Positions 29,442 through 37,847 of a DNA stretch of 64,000 bases are shown piece after piece (the stretch's first letter is position 1; each line of letters starts with the position of its first letter). Under the pieces are notes generated by a model, which worked only from the letters and a program-made list of their open reading frames with translations, ran no database searches and was not told where the DNA came from. Both the position numbers and the translations under genes were made by a program. The DNA is from Armatimonadota bacterium (GTDB taxonomy: Bacteria; Armatimonadota; HRBIN16): contig OY781964.1 of assembly GCA_963677485.1 (NCBI GenBank), positions 384,001-448,000 on the forward strand, written 5' to 3'.

Positions 29442-31339
29442 AGCGACAGCACATACTCCGCAAGATCACCCAACTGCTGCTTCGAGAGATTCGAGGTCAT
29501 GCCGTGCTTATCACCCTTGTTGTGCGTGGTCAGCACCGACATCATATCAGCCGCACTGCCGTCATTCAGATACGGAGCGGTACGCCACACCTCTACCAGC
29601 GAGCTGGTATCGAACTTAAGATTAGCCTCGTTATACACCCCCATGCCCACATTGTATGCCTTTAAATTTGTGTAATACGGGCCAGAATGACAGTTCGCGC
29701 AACCAGCCTGCGTAAACAGCTTTTTGCCCCGCAACGCGCTGGCGGAGAGTTTTCCATGCTGCAGGTAAGGGCTCTTCACGGGCTGCATGCCGGTAAGATA
29801 ACTGTCAATGGCCTTTGCGTCCGATTCGGGACGGCTGGCAAACTGTATGAACTTCATCCCAGCCCGGACGGCAGTTTCCGCTTTATCTCGCACAGCCAGA
29901 CTCATCACCGGCGGGGTCTTGTGACTAAGCAGCATACTGCGTGTATTTTTGGGGTTGCCCATACCATCGTTCATCAGATCCCAGTTAAGGCTGTCAGCTC
30001 GCGAATCCGGGTGACAACTGGCACAACTCTGCCAGTTCTCATAGCACATCGTGCCGTCGTTGAACAGCATCTCGCCGCGGCGTGACTGGCTAATGACAGT
30101 CTGCTTCACCAGCGGCCAGCGGCCAGCCAACGCAGACAGGTCGAGGCGATAGATCTCGATATCCTGCGTAAAGGTATTAGCAACAAACGCATTCTGGCCA
30201 ACCACGCAGATCACACGGGGGCCGTTGCCTTTGAGTGTCACCCGTTGACGAAGCCCATTCAAAAAGGCCAGATCATCCGGTACCCCGTTGGGGTCAGCGC
30301 ATCGTTCCAACTTACGATGAAGGGCGATACGGTCGATCACGGTCAGCTCCTGCGCACCCGCGGAACTCACCAGCAGCTTCTTGCCATCGGCCGTGACCGA
30401 AACAGCCCACGGGTTTGCGGATCCTCTGTTCACATCATCCAGCAGCACAGTGTTAAGATACTGGCGTTTGGCGATGTCTAGCACGCTCAGTGCGTTGGTG
30501 TTCATCCAGCCGCGGTCCAGTTGGGTTGTGGGCATGCCGTAACGCGCAAGGATGTGCGTAATGTAGGCGAATTTGCCATCCGGCGAGATGGCCAGACCAC
30601 GAACCCCACTGCTGCCATTCGGCAACAGCACGTTCTTAATGACCCTCGGGCTACGGAGGTCTACCAATGTCACTCCGGCCGCCACATAGTTGGCATCAGC
30701 AGCCTGGGTGGGCAGATGGTTCGCTACCACGGCCGTACGACCATCTGGCGTCACGCCGACCGCAACTGGCTCGCGCAAGCACTTGATCCGAGCCACCAGC
30801 TTCGACTTGCTCAGATCAACCAGGGCCAGCTCATTCTGGAACCTCAGACAGACCGCCGCCATCTTGCCGTTCGCGTAGAGTGCGGGCGACATCGGTGTGT
30901 GCCCGAGCAGCACAGAGGCGATTCTCTTCCCTGAACGAGTGTCATAGGTGTTAAGCACGCCATCGGATTCACCCTCCGCCACATACAGCTTCTGGCTGTT
31001 CTGGCTAAGGACGATCCCATGCGCCGGCTGAGAGGTAGTGATCATCCGAAGCTGCTTGTGGCTCTGGCTGTTCCAGACCAGCAGCTCCGAGCTGCGGTCA
31101 GACGCCACATAGAGCAGTTTGCCGTCGGGCGAAGCCAACATGGCCGATACTGAAAACAGCCGTCCCGCATCAACCGCTTGAGCCTGCATCAGCAAAGCGG
31201 TTGTAGTCGCAACCATCACAGTGACCACGATGATTGTGGCACGTATAATCCGGTTCTTTGCCATGCCAGTCTGCGGCTTGACGATATGTATGAGCATTTC
31301 TTTCATCTGTTGAAATCTAGTTTTCTTCATGTCTACCAT
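29438..31339 (-). CDS. YVTN-type beta-propeller fused to a di-heme cytochrome c peroxidase-like domain (hydrazine synthase beta/gamma-like architecture)
   Basis: Signal/anchor; propeller repeats (SPDGKLLYVA, TPDGRTAVVAN, SPDGKFAYIT); CASCH (30011-30025), CANCH (29687-29701), TAPYLNDGS. Confidence 0.85.
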   Translation of the reverse strand: MVDMKKTRFQQMKEMLIHIVKPQTGMAKNRIIRATIIVVTVMVATTTALLMQAQAVDAGRLFSVSAMLASPDGKLLYVASDRSSELLVWNSQSHKQLRMITTSQPAHGIVLSQNSQKLYVAEGESDGVLNTYDTRSGKRIASVLLGHTPMSPALYANGKMAAVCLRFQNELALVDLSKSKLVARIKCLREPVAVGVTPDGRTAVVANHLPTQAADANYVAAGVTLVDLRSPRVIKNVLLPNGSSGVRGLAISPDGKFAYITHILARYGMPTTQLDRGWMNTNALSVLDIAKRQYLNTVLLDDVNRGSANPWAVSVTADGKKLLVSSAGAQELTVIDRIALHRKLERCADPNGVPDDLAFLNGLRQRVTLKGNGPRVICVVGQNAFVANTFTQDIEIYRLDLSALAGRWPLVKQTVISQSRRGEMLFNDGTMCYENWQSCASCHPDSRADSLNWDLMNDGMGNPKNTRSMLLSHKTPPVMSLAVRDKAETAVRAGMKFIQFASRPESDAKAIDSYLTGMQPVKSPYLQHGKLSASALRGKKLFTQAGCANCHSGPYYTNLKAYNVGMGVYNEANLKFDTSSLVEVWRTAPYLNDGSAADMMSVLTTHNKGDKHGMTSNLSKQQLGDLAEYVLSL

Positions 31340-34300
31340 TGGTATTTCATCTTACACCATGGCATGGCGGCCTCAAGCGTCGCTTTTTGCTCCGCGGTAA
31401 GGTCGGTTCCCGCTGTGTTCAACTCCACCAACCCTTTAAGCTGCGTGACCACAGGAAAAATGCGGTCATATGTCAGTTCTGGGTTTGCCCCGATGGTCAG
31501 CCACTTCATCGACTGCATGGACAACAACGGTGTGATGTCGGTCAGGTGGTTACCCTCCAGCGTCAGGTAGTTCATCTTTGTCATTTTGCTGATTGGGGTC
31601 AGGTCGCGAATTTCAGCGTTGTGAGCGTCCAGATAGCTCAGGCTCACACACCCCTCAAGCGGACGCAGGTCAGTAACCCCAGTCACATTGATTGCGATGC
31701 CCTCAAGCTGCGGAAGCTGTCGACAGACGCTGATGTCGGTGACCGGGCAATCGTAGAAATAGGCCTTCTTCAGTTTCTTGCACGCTCCCATGGGTGAGAT
31801 GTCCTTCAAGCCCGGGTTGCTGTAAGCCCACAGGTGCTCGAGGTTGGGCAGCATACGCACGAATTCGATGTTAGTCAGCGCGACATCCGTAAACCCGATG
31901 TGCGTGATGTTCGTCAGCTTTTTTAGGAAAGAAAAGTCGGTAAAGTGGTTCTTGCCTTTACGGGCCTTCTTCTGCTCCTCTGACATAAATGGGTCGTTGG
32001 ATGCGTTCAGGTCTACCAACGACGTCAGCTCAGACAGTGGAGATAGGTCAGTCAGCAGGTTATCGCTGACATTCAGCTTCTGCAGATTCTCAAACTGCGC
32101 CAGATCGCCGATATCTGTAAGCTGTTGGCCCACTAGGTTCAGTTCCACAATCGACAGCACGTCTTCTCTGGTCACAATGTCCTTACCGAGTTGCTCTTGC
32201 ACTACACGTAAAATGGTCGGATTCATACTGATCGATACCCCTTCATCCTTCAACGCGGTCGGCATGTCGTTGCCGAATACCTCCACCTCAGTCAGAGCAC
32301 ACCAACCGACCGGCTCCGTCTGCACGAGGTTGTTGATCCGCACATAGCTAGTCTGTCGCTTGGCGAATTTGAACTCCTGAGCTGCCGCATCGGCCTTCAA
32401 CGTGATCGGCACCCTGCTGCCATCCGAAAACTCCAGAACAGCGCTATCCCACACCTTGTCATGCGGGAAGTCGGCCCGCACGGTGATCCTCACGCTGTCC
32501 ACCGACACACTTCGTCCGAACTCCACCTTCCACCAGCCGTCTTTCACCTGCTCAGGTCCCCAGCTTTGGAACGGCCAGTTGCCATGACCTGCATTCTGTG
32601 TGAAGCCGTCAATGGCATTCCTGGCAGCAAATATCGGCTCATTGCGGCACTCGCTGTTGCTGCTGGCGTGAGGATAACTGCCCGAAACTCCGCGCACATC
32701 GAAGGGGTTCAGGGCCAGATTTCGCCTGGCACTCACCTCTTGTTGTGTCGCCGCACGCGCCATGATGGTGTGCGCCGCCGCTTGTATCAGGCTGGGCGGA
32801 TAGGCTTGAGCACTCCGCACCGGCAGCGGTACAACAACCACGCCTTCGGGGTTATAGACCAAACTCTCAGGCGCATCCTTTCCGAACCGAACCCAGATAA
32901 ATTTCGGGCCGTAGATCAGCACCTGGTCACCAGGACGATAGGCATGACTGATGACAAGACTGCCAGGTTTGCTGTAGTCATCGATGGTTTGCAGGCCGGT
33001 TTGGTCGGCACTTAGATATTCGATCCGCACAGCATTGACGTCATTGATGGGCTTTTTACCGATCGAAAGCAGGGTGTCGGCGATGTTTCGCTGCTCCAGA
33101 GCCTCACCACGCATCCGCTTGGCCAGGAAGTGCATATATTTCTCGGTCTCATCGTCGTTCCAGGTATTGGCCTCAATGTAGTCGCCGCTGAAGGGCACCA
33201 GCAGATCGATCCAGCAAGCCAGCGTATCACGCTCATCCTGGGTGAGTTTGACACCCCCATGTCCTCGGTCCAGCTTGGCGAGCAGCTTGCTGGTCGCCGC
33301 ACCAGCCGAGTAAGGCGGCAGCATTGACGGAACGCTCTGAGGACTGATCCAGTTCACCAGTTCCGTAGACCGGCCTCTCTGCGTGAGTGCCATATAACTA
33401 TCGGTAAACCGCCGCACTTGGTCACCTTCTACGGGTAGCCCAAGCAGGCTGAACGGATGGCCCGACTTAGGGGGCTCTTTAATGGCATACAGCCCCACAT
33501 CGATATACTGCCCGCCGATGGTTTGATGGCAGCTCACAGCCAGCGTATTGGCGCCCTGCTTGAGGGCCGAGAAAGCATCGTTCACCGCAGCGACCGCCTT
33601 GTAGTTCGTGATGAATCCCTGAGCCGCAAAAATCTGCTTGCCGTTCAACACCACGCGCACATCTTCGTCAAAACTTAAATAGACCACTAGCCGCTTCATC
33701 TCATCCGATTTGTCCACGTTGAACTGACGCCGCATCCAAATGTCCGGAGTGTTCCACGGACTGCCCAGCCCGCTCTCGATATTGTTGGTGCCGAAGCCGG
33801 CCTTCGCTTTGGCCCATTTCGAAGCATCAAAGTTTTCGGCTTCCCAACCCGCACCGGGATTGTTGGTAGTATACGACCACTCCGAGCCAATCGTTGAAAG
33901 GCTGATGGCATTATTACGGTTGAAGTTATCGACCTCATCGGAATGCAATGCTGCTCCGCGGTTGTCATGACACCGTGTGCAGTTCCGGTCCATAATAGGT
34001 TGGACATCCTTGTTGAAGCTAAATCCATGAACGGGTCGGCGGAGGAATGGCTTCAACTTCTCCACCCCCTGCTTCATCGCCAGACTGCGTCCACTGTATC
34101 GAGCTGGTGCAGAGTTTTTGGATTCATGGCAGCCTGTGCAGGAGAACTTCTCTCCCGGCTGGAGGGTGGTCCAGCTGCGCATGGTCTGCACGACCTCGCC
34201 TTTGGCATCCACGGCCTGGAAGTAAACCGGCCTACGCGCGGGCACCTCGAACATGGCACTGCCATCCTCCTGCACGGTTGCCTCGCCCAGCACGATCTTC

Positions 34301-35991
34301 GGATCCCAACTGGTATTGTCCACCCCGATGGGCGTGCTCACCAGTGCACCGCCCGCGGGACCATTATTACTGTTACTCTTCACGCCCGCCGCGCGGTAGT
34401 CCAAAGCTACCACCCGCAGCTTCTTCACTGTGCCCCGCTTGATGTCCTTCAAACCAGGCCCTGAATAGACATCGTGGAGGTAGTAACTGCCCGTGGTCTT
34501 GGTGTAGTCTACGGCAGATGGCCTCACCAGAGGTGTTTTTCGCTTCATGACCGGAACCGGCTGATTGCTGGATATTGAAGCATCCCAACTTAGCAGCTCG
34601 CGGTTCCCGTTCACGTCCACTAGATAGATTCCATAAGCGTTAGGCGCCGGTGATGCCCAGCCCTTCGGCAGATAACTCACCAGGAAATGCTGATCGTCAA
34701 CCGCATAGGGGTATTGGAACAACTCGCCATCCTGACCATAGGCATCGATTCGGTCCGCAGGTGTGTTCCGCACCGGGGCTATGAGCTGCACCCCCTCATT
34801 TTCCTGCCGACCTTTTGCCGGATCGATAATCGCCAGCTTTCCACCCTGCCGCGAATGATGCCCGGTGAGTATTGCGATCACCTTGCCGCTGTCACCCAGG
34901 CCTCGGGCCTGGATGATGGTGGTGGGGAACCAGGAGTTGTTGCCGTAGTATTCGGTCTGCTCCGTACCATCAGCATTCATCTGGAACAGCGGCTGCGGGA
35001 AAAGCTGACCGCGGTCGTTGTATTCCCAGCGGGTGTAAGTAATTCGCCCATCAGGCAGCACGGAGGGGTAGTTATCGTGAACTTGGTCAAAGGTCAGCCG
35101 ACGCATCAGTTTCCCGTCTGCGTTACAAGTATAAAGGTTGCTGACTTCCGTCCACCAGCAATCCACCGTCTGCACCGCGCGTGAGCTATTGAATACAATG
35201 TCGCCGCTGGGCAGATAGGTCCCCTCATAGTCAGCAAATCCCAATCCGTCTGTCAGTTGCCGCATCTTACTGGAGCTCAGGTTCCATTCATAAAGGTGAT
35301 AATCGTCGGTCACATCGGACTGTTTCATAGAAAACAGCAGTTTGGTGCCGTCGTAGGAGATGTTCGGGTTTCGGATCACACCGCCCGTCTTGAACAGGGT
35401 TTGCTCTTTGCCATACAGACCATCCATCTTCAGTAGGCACAACTCGCCCCCAGGCATAAAGTTGCGTTCGGCTTGTGCGTCGGACTGTCCTTCGGTATAG
35501 GCGTAGTGCGAGCCACCCATGTTGTAGTGCTTCGCGAAGGCGATCGTAGTGATGCCGCCTTTTATCATGGGCATTAGCCGTTTGGCCCGACGCAGCTCAC
35601 ACGCCTTGATGTATAGGCTCAGGCGTTGCTCCGAGTTGGCGCACTTCGACAGTGCAGCGGAGATCGGCTTCGCCTCGCCGCCTAGCTGAGCGATCACCGA
35701 GACCATCATCGCCTGCTCAGTTTTGACACCATCGGAAGCACTCAGCAAGGCCTCCGGTATACCCTTCATATCCTGCATCACCCAGTCGCACAGAATCGGG
35801 TATCGGCCGGCCAGCCGGTTCCAGTCGGCTCCTGTCAGACGCATGGCCACTACGTCCTTGGGCCAGGCGATTTTCTGGGCGGCCATGCTCATTGGTGCAG
35901 ATTGGGCTATCGCCTGCAGTGCTAACAGAGTTAATAATGCCGCGAGCCAAAAGGCGGTTATGGGATTATGATTTTTATGAAAGTGGCGCAA
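31333..35991 (-). CDS. Hydrazine synthase alpha subunit-related secreted protein with two c-hemes, two carbohydrate-binding-like domains and C-terminal LRRs
   Basis: Signal peptide; TolB-like propeller (DGRITYTRWEY, MNADGT..EYYGNN); HZS-alpha middle domain (LGEATVQEDGSAMFEVPA..PVYFQAVD...VQTMRSW..LQPGE..SCTGCHE); CTRCH; internalin-like LRRs. Confidence 0.85.
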   Translation of the reverse strand: MRHFHKNHNPITAFWLAALLTLLALQAIAQSAPMSMAAQKIAWPKDVVAMRLTGADWNRLAGRYPILCDWVMQDMKGIPEALLSASDGVKTEQAMMVSVIAQLGGEAKPISAALSKCANSEQRLSLYIKACELRRAKRLMPMIKGGITTIAFAKHYNMGGSHYAYTEGQSDAQAERNFMPGGELCLLKMDGLYGKEQTLFKTGGVIRNPNISYDGTKLLFSMKQSDVTDDYHLYEWNLSSSKMRQLTDGLGFADYEGTYLPSGDIVFNSSRAVQTVDCWWTEVSNLYTCNADGKLMRRLTFDQVHDNYPSVLPDGRITYTRWEYNDRGQLFPQPLFQMNADGTEQTEYYGNNSWFPTTIIQARGLGDSGKVIAILTGHHSRQGGKLAIIDPAKGRQENEGVQLIAPVRNTPADRIDAYGQDGELFQYPYAVDDQHFLVSYLPKGWASPAPNAYGIYLVDVNGNRELLSWDASISSNQPVPVMKRKTPLVRPSAVDYTKTTGSYYLHDVYSGPGLKDIKRGTVKKLRVVALDYRAAGVKSNSNNGPAGGALVSTPIGVDNTSWDPKIVLGEATVQEDGSAMFEVPARRPVYFQAVDAKGEVVQTMRSWTTLQPGEKFSCTGCHESKNSAPARYSGRSLAMKQGVEKLKPFLRRPVHGFSFNKDVQPIMDRNCTRCHDNRGAALHSDEVDNFNRNNAISLSTIGSEWSYTTNNPGAGWEAENFDASKWAKAKAGFGTNNIESGLGSPWNTPDIWMRRQFNVDKSDEMKRLVVYLSFDEDVRVVLNGKQIFAAQGFITNYKAVAAVNDAFSALKQGANTLAVSCHQTIGGQYIDVGLYAIKEPPKSGHPFSLLGLPVEGDQVRRFTDSYMALTQRGRSTELVNWISPQSVPSMLPPYSAGAATSKLLAKLDRGHGGVKLTQDERDTLACWIDLLVPFSGDYIEANTWNDDETEKYMHFLAKRMRGEALEQRNIADTLLSIGKKPINDVNAVRIEYLSADQTGLQTIDDYSKPGSLVISHAYRPGDQVLIYGPKFIWVRFGKDAPESLVYNPEGVVVVPLPVRSAQAYPPSLIQAAAHTIMARAATQQEVSARRNLALNPFDVRGVSGSYPHASSNSECRNEPIFAARNAIDGFTQNAGHGNWPFQSWGPEQVKDGWWKVEFGRSVSVDSVRITVRADFPHDKVWDSAVLEFSDGSRVPITLKADAAAQEFKFAKRQTSYVRINNLVQTEPVGWCALTEVEVFGNDMPTALKDEGVSISMNPTILRVVQEQLGKDIVTREDVLSIVELNLVGQQLTDIGDLAQFENLQKLNVSDNLLTDLSPLSELTSLVDLNASNDPFMSEEQKKARKGKNHFTDFSFLKKLTNITHIGFTDVALTNIEFVRMLPNLEHLWAYSNPGLKDISPMGACKKLKKAYFYDCPVTDISVCRQLPQLEGIAINVTGVTDLRPLEGCVSLSYLDAHNAEIRDLTPISKMTKMNYLTLEGNHLTDITPLLSMQSMKWLTIGANPELTYDRIFPVVTQLKGLVELNTAGTDLTAEQKATLEAAMPWCKMKYQW

Positions 35992-36123
35992 GTTGTGAAG
36001 GCCTCCAGCGGATGATGGGCAAATATGCCTAACAGACTATTCTGCGTGAGACCTTGGTTATCCTGCATGGGGATCGGAAACATCGAGGCAAAGGTATGTA
36101 GTTCCACGCCATATTCATCTAGC

Positions 36124-36288
36124 GTTGCCTAAGTCCGGGGCGGTCTTGCCCGACGTTAGCGGCTGCAGAAAGCATAAGACCGCGCCGGTCTGGCGGACAG
36201 CCATAGAGATTGGTGTCGGGAACAAGACCGGCGCGGTCAATAGTCAGCAGGCTTTATGGGCGTACTGACAGACCGCCCCGGACATAGG
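36124..36288. repeat. Nested inverted-repeat element, family A copy 3
   Basis: CTAAGTCCGGGGCGGTCT...AGACCGCGCCGGTCT...AGACCGGCGCGGTC...CAGACCGCCCCGGACATAG, ending a few nt from the fumC stop. Confidence 0.85.
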
Positions 36289-36292
36289 AAAT

Positions 36293-37690
36293 CTACGACA
36301 CGATCCCGCCTTCGGTCATCGGGCGAGGATCCAGCAGCCTGTCCAGTTCTTCAGCCGTCAGCTCGGTATCCTCCAGCGCCACATCCTTCAGGCTCCGGCC
36401 CTCCGCATAAGCGCGTTTGGCCAGCTTGGCGGCTTTGTCGTAGCCGATCACCGGGTTGAGAGCGGTGACCAAGATAGGATTTTTGCCCACTAGGTCGGTG
36501 ATGCGTGCCTCATTTACGGTGAAGCCTGCGATCGCCTTATCGGCCAGCACCACAGCCACCTTGCCCAGGATGTCGATGCTGTTCAGCAGATTATGGGCGA
36601 TCAATGGCAGCATCACATTTAGCTGGAAGTTACCCAGCAGATTTCCCACTTGAACGGATGCGTTGTTGCCGATCACCTGGCCACAAACCATCATGGTGGC
36701 TTCGCAGATCACAGGGTTGACCTTGCCTGGCATGATGGAGCTGCCGGGCTGCAGGTTGGGCAGCGCGATCTCGCCGATACCAGCAATCGGGCCGCTGTTC
36801 ATCCAGCGAAGGTCATTCGCGATCTTCAATAGCGCGGTGGCACTGGTAGCCAGTTGGCCGCTCAGCTCCGTGGCGCTGTCCATCGAGCTTTGGTATGCAA
36901 AGTGGTTGCTGGCTTCTGCAAACGGCAATCCCGTCAACACAGCCAGCTTCGCAGCGAATCCGGCGGCAAAGCCCGGAATGGCGTTGATACCAGTGCCCAC
37001 CGCGGTGCCGCCAAGGGCCAGCATACACACCCGCGGCAGCGTCTCTTTGATCCGCTGCACACTCTGATCCATCTGGTAAGCCCATCCACCGATCTCCTGG
37101 CTCATACGCACCGGCATGGCATCCATCAGGTGTGTGCGGCCGGTTTTGGTCACACCGTCCAGCTCAGATGCGCGCTTCTTCATCACTTCGCTCAGGTGGC
37201 TCAACCCAGGAAGCAGCACTTCGGAAGCCTCGATTGCGGCGGCCACATGGATTGCGGTGGGGATCACGTCGTTCGAACTCTGGCCCATGTTCACATGGTC
37301 GTTGGGATGCACCAGTTTGCTGCCGAACTCGCCGCCCATCAATTGCGTGGCGCGGTTTGCGATGACCTCATTGGTGTTCATGTTGGTGGAGGTGCCAGAT
37401 CCGGTCTGGTAGATGTCAATCGGGAACTGGCCGTCCAGCTTGCCGTCGATCACCTCTTGAGCGGCTTTCATGATCGCCTCAGCCTTATCGGCAGGCAGAC
37501 CGCCCATGTCGGCATTGGTAGCAGCGGCACAGTATTTAACCAGTCCGAGTGCCTTGATGAAGGAGCGCGAGAACTTGATCCCACTGATGGGGAAGTTGTC
37601 TACTGCTCGCTGTGTTTGGGCGGCATAAAGCACATCGGCAGGAACCTGCACCTCACCCATCGAGTCTTTTTCAATACGGAAATCGGCCAT
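36293..37690 (-). CDS. fumC: Class II fumarate hydratase
   Basis: RIEKDSMG, QTGSGTSTNMN.NEV, HPNDHVN.GQSSND, KTGRTHLMDA, GSSIMPGKVNP. Confidence 0.95.
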   Translation of the reverse strand: MADFRIEKDSMGEVQVPADVLYAAQTQRAVDNFPISGIKFSRSFIKALGLVKYCAAATNADMGGLPADKAEAIMKAAQEVIDGKLDGQFPIDIYQTGSGTSTNMNTNEVIANRATQLMGGEFGSKLVHPNDHVNMGQSSNDVIPTAIHVAAAIEASEVLLPGLSHLSEVMKKRASELDGVTKTGRTHLMDAMPVRMSQEIGGWAYQMDQSVQRIKETLPRVCMLALGGTAVGTGINAIPGFAAGFAAKLAVLTGLPFAEASNHFAYQSSMDSATELSGQLATSATALLKIANDLRWMNSGPIAGIGEIALPNLQPGSSIMPGKVNPVICEATMMVCGQVIGNNASVQVGNLLGNFQLNVMLPLIAHNLLNSIDILGKVAVVLADKAIAGFTVNEARITDLVGKNPILVTALNPVIGYDKAAKLAKRAYAEGRSLKDVALEDTELTAEELDRLLDPRPMTEGGIVS

Positions 37691-37847
37691 TATATGGAAT
37701 ACCTCTTATCATCGTGTTCATATGTCCGACGCATGTGCCCGTTTGGCTGATCACGTCGTCCACGATTCTATTGTATCCCAACGGCTGTTGGCGGTGAGTC
37801 ACTGAAGCACCTGGCAGCTTACGCATGAAGTCTGCTATGTAAAATTC

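Noticed and set aside
29438-35991. Calling this bona fide anammox hydrazine synthase (hzsABC)
   Set aside because: Extra carbohydrate-binding and LRR domains, a heterotrophic sugar-catabolic context and no other anammox genes in the window. Only architecture-level similarity is supported.
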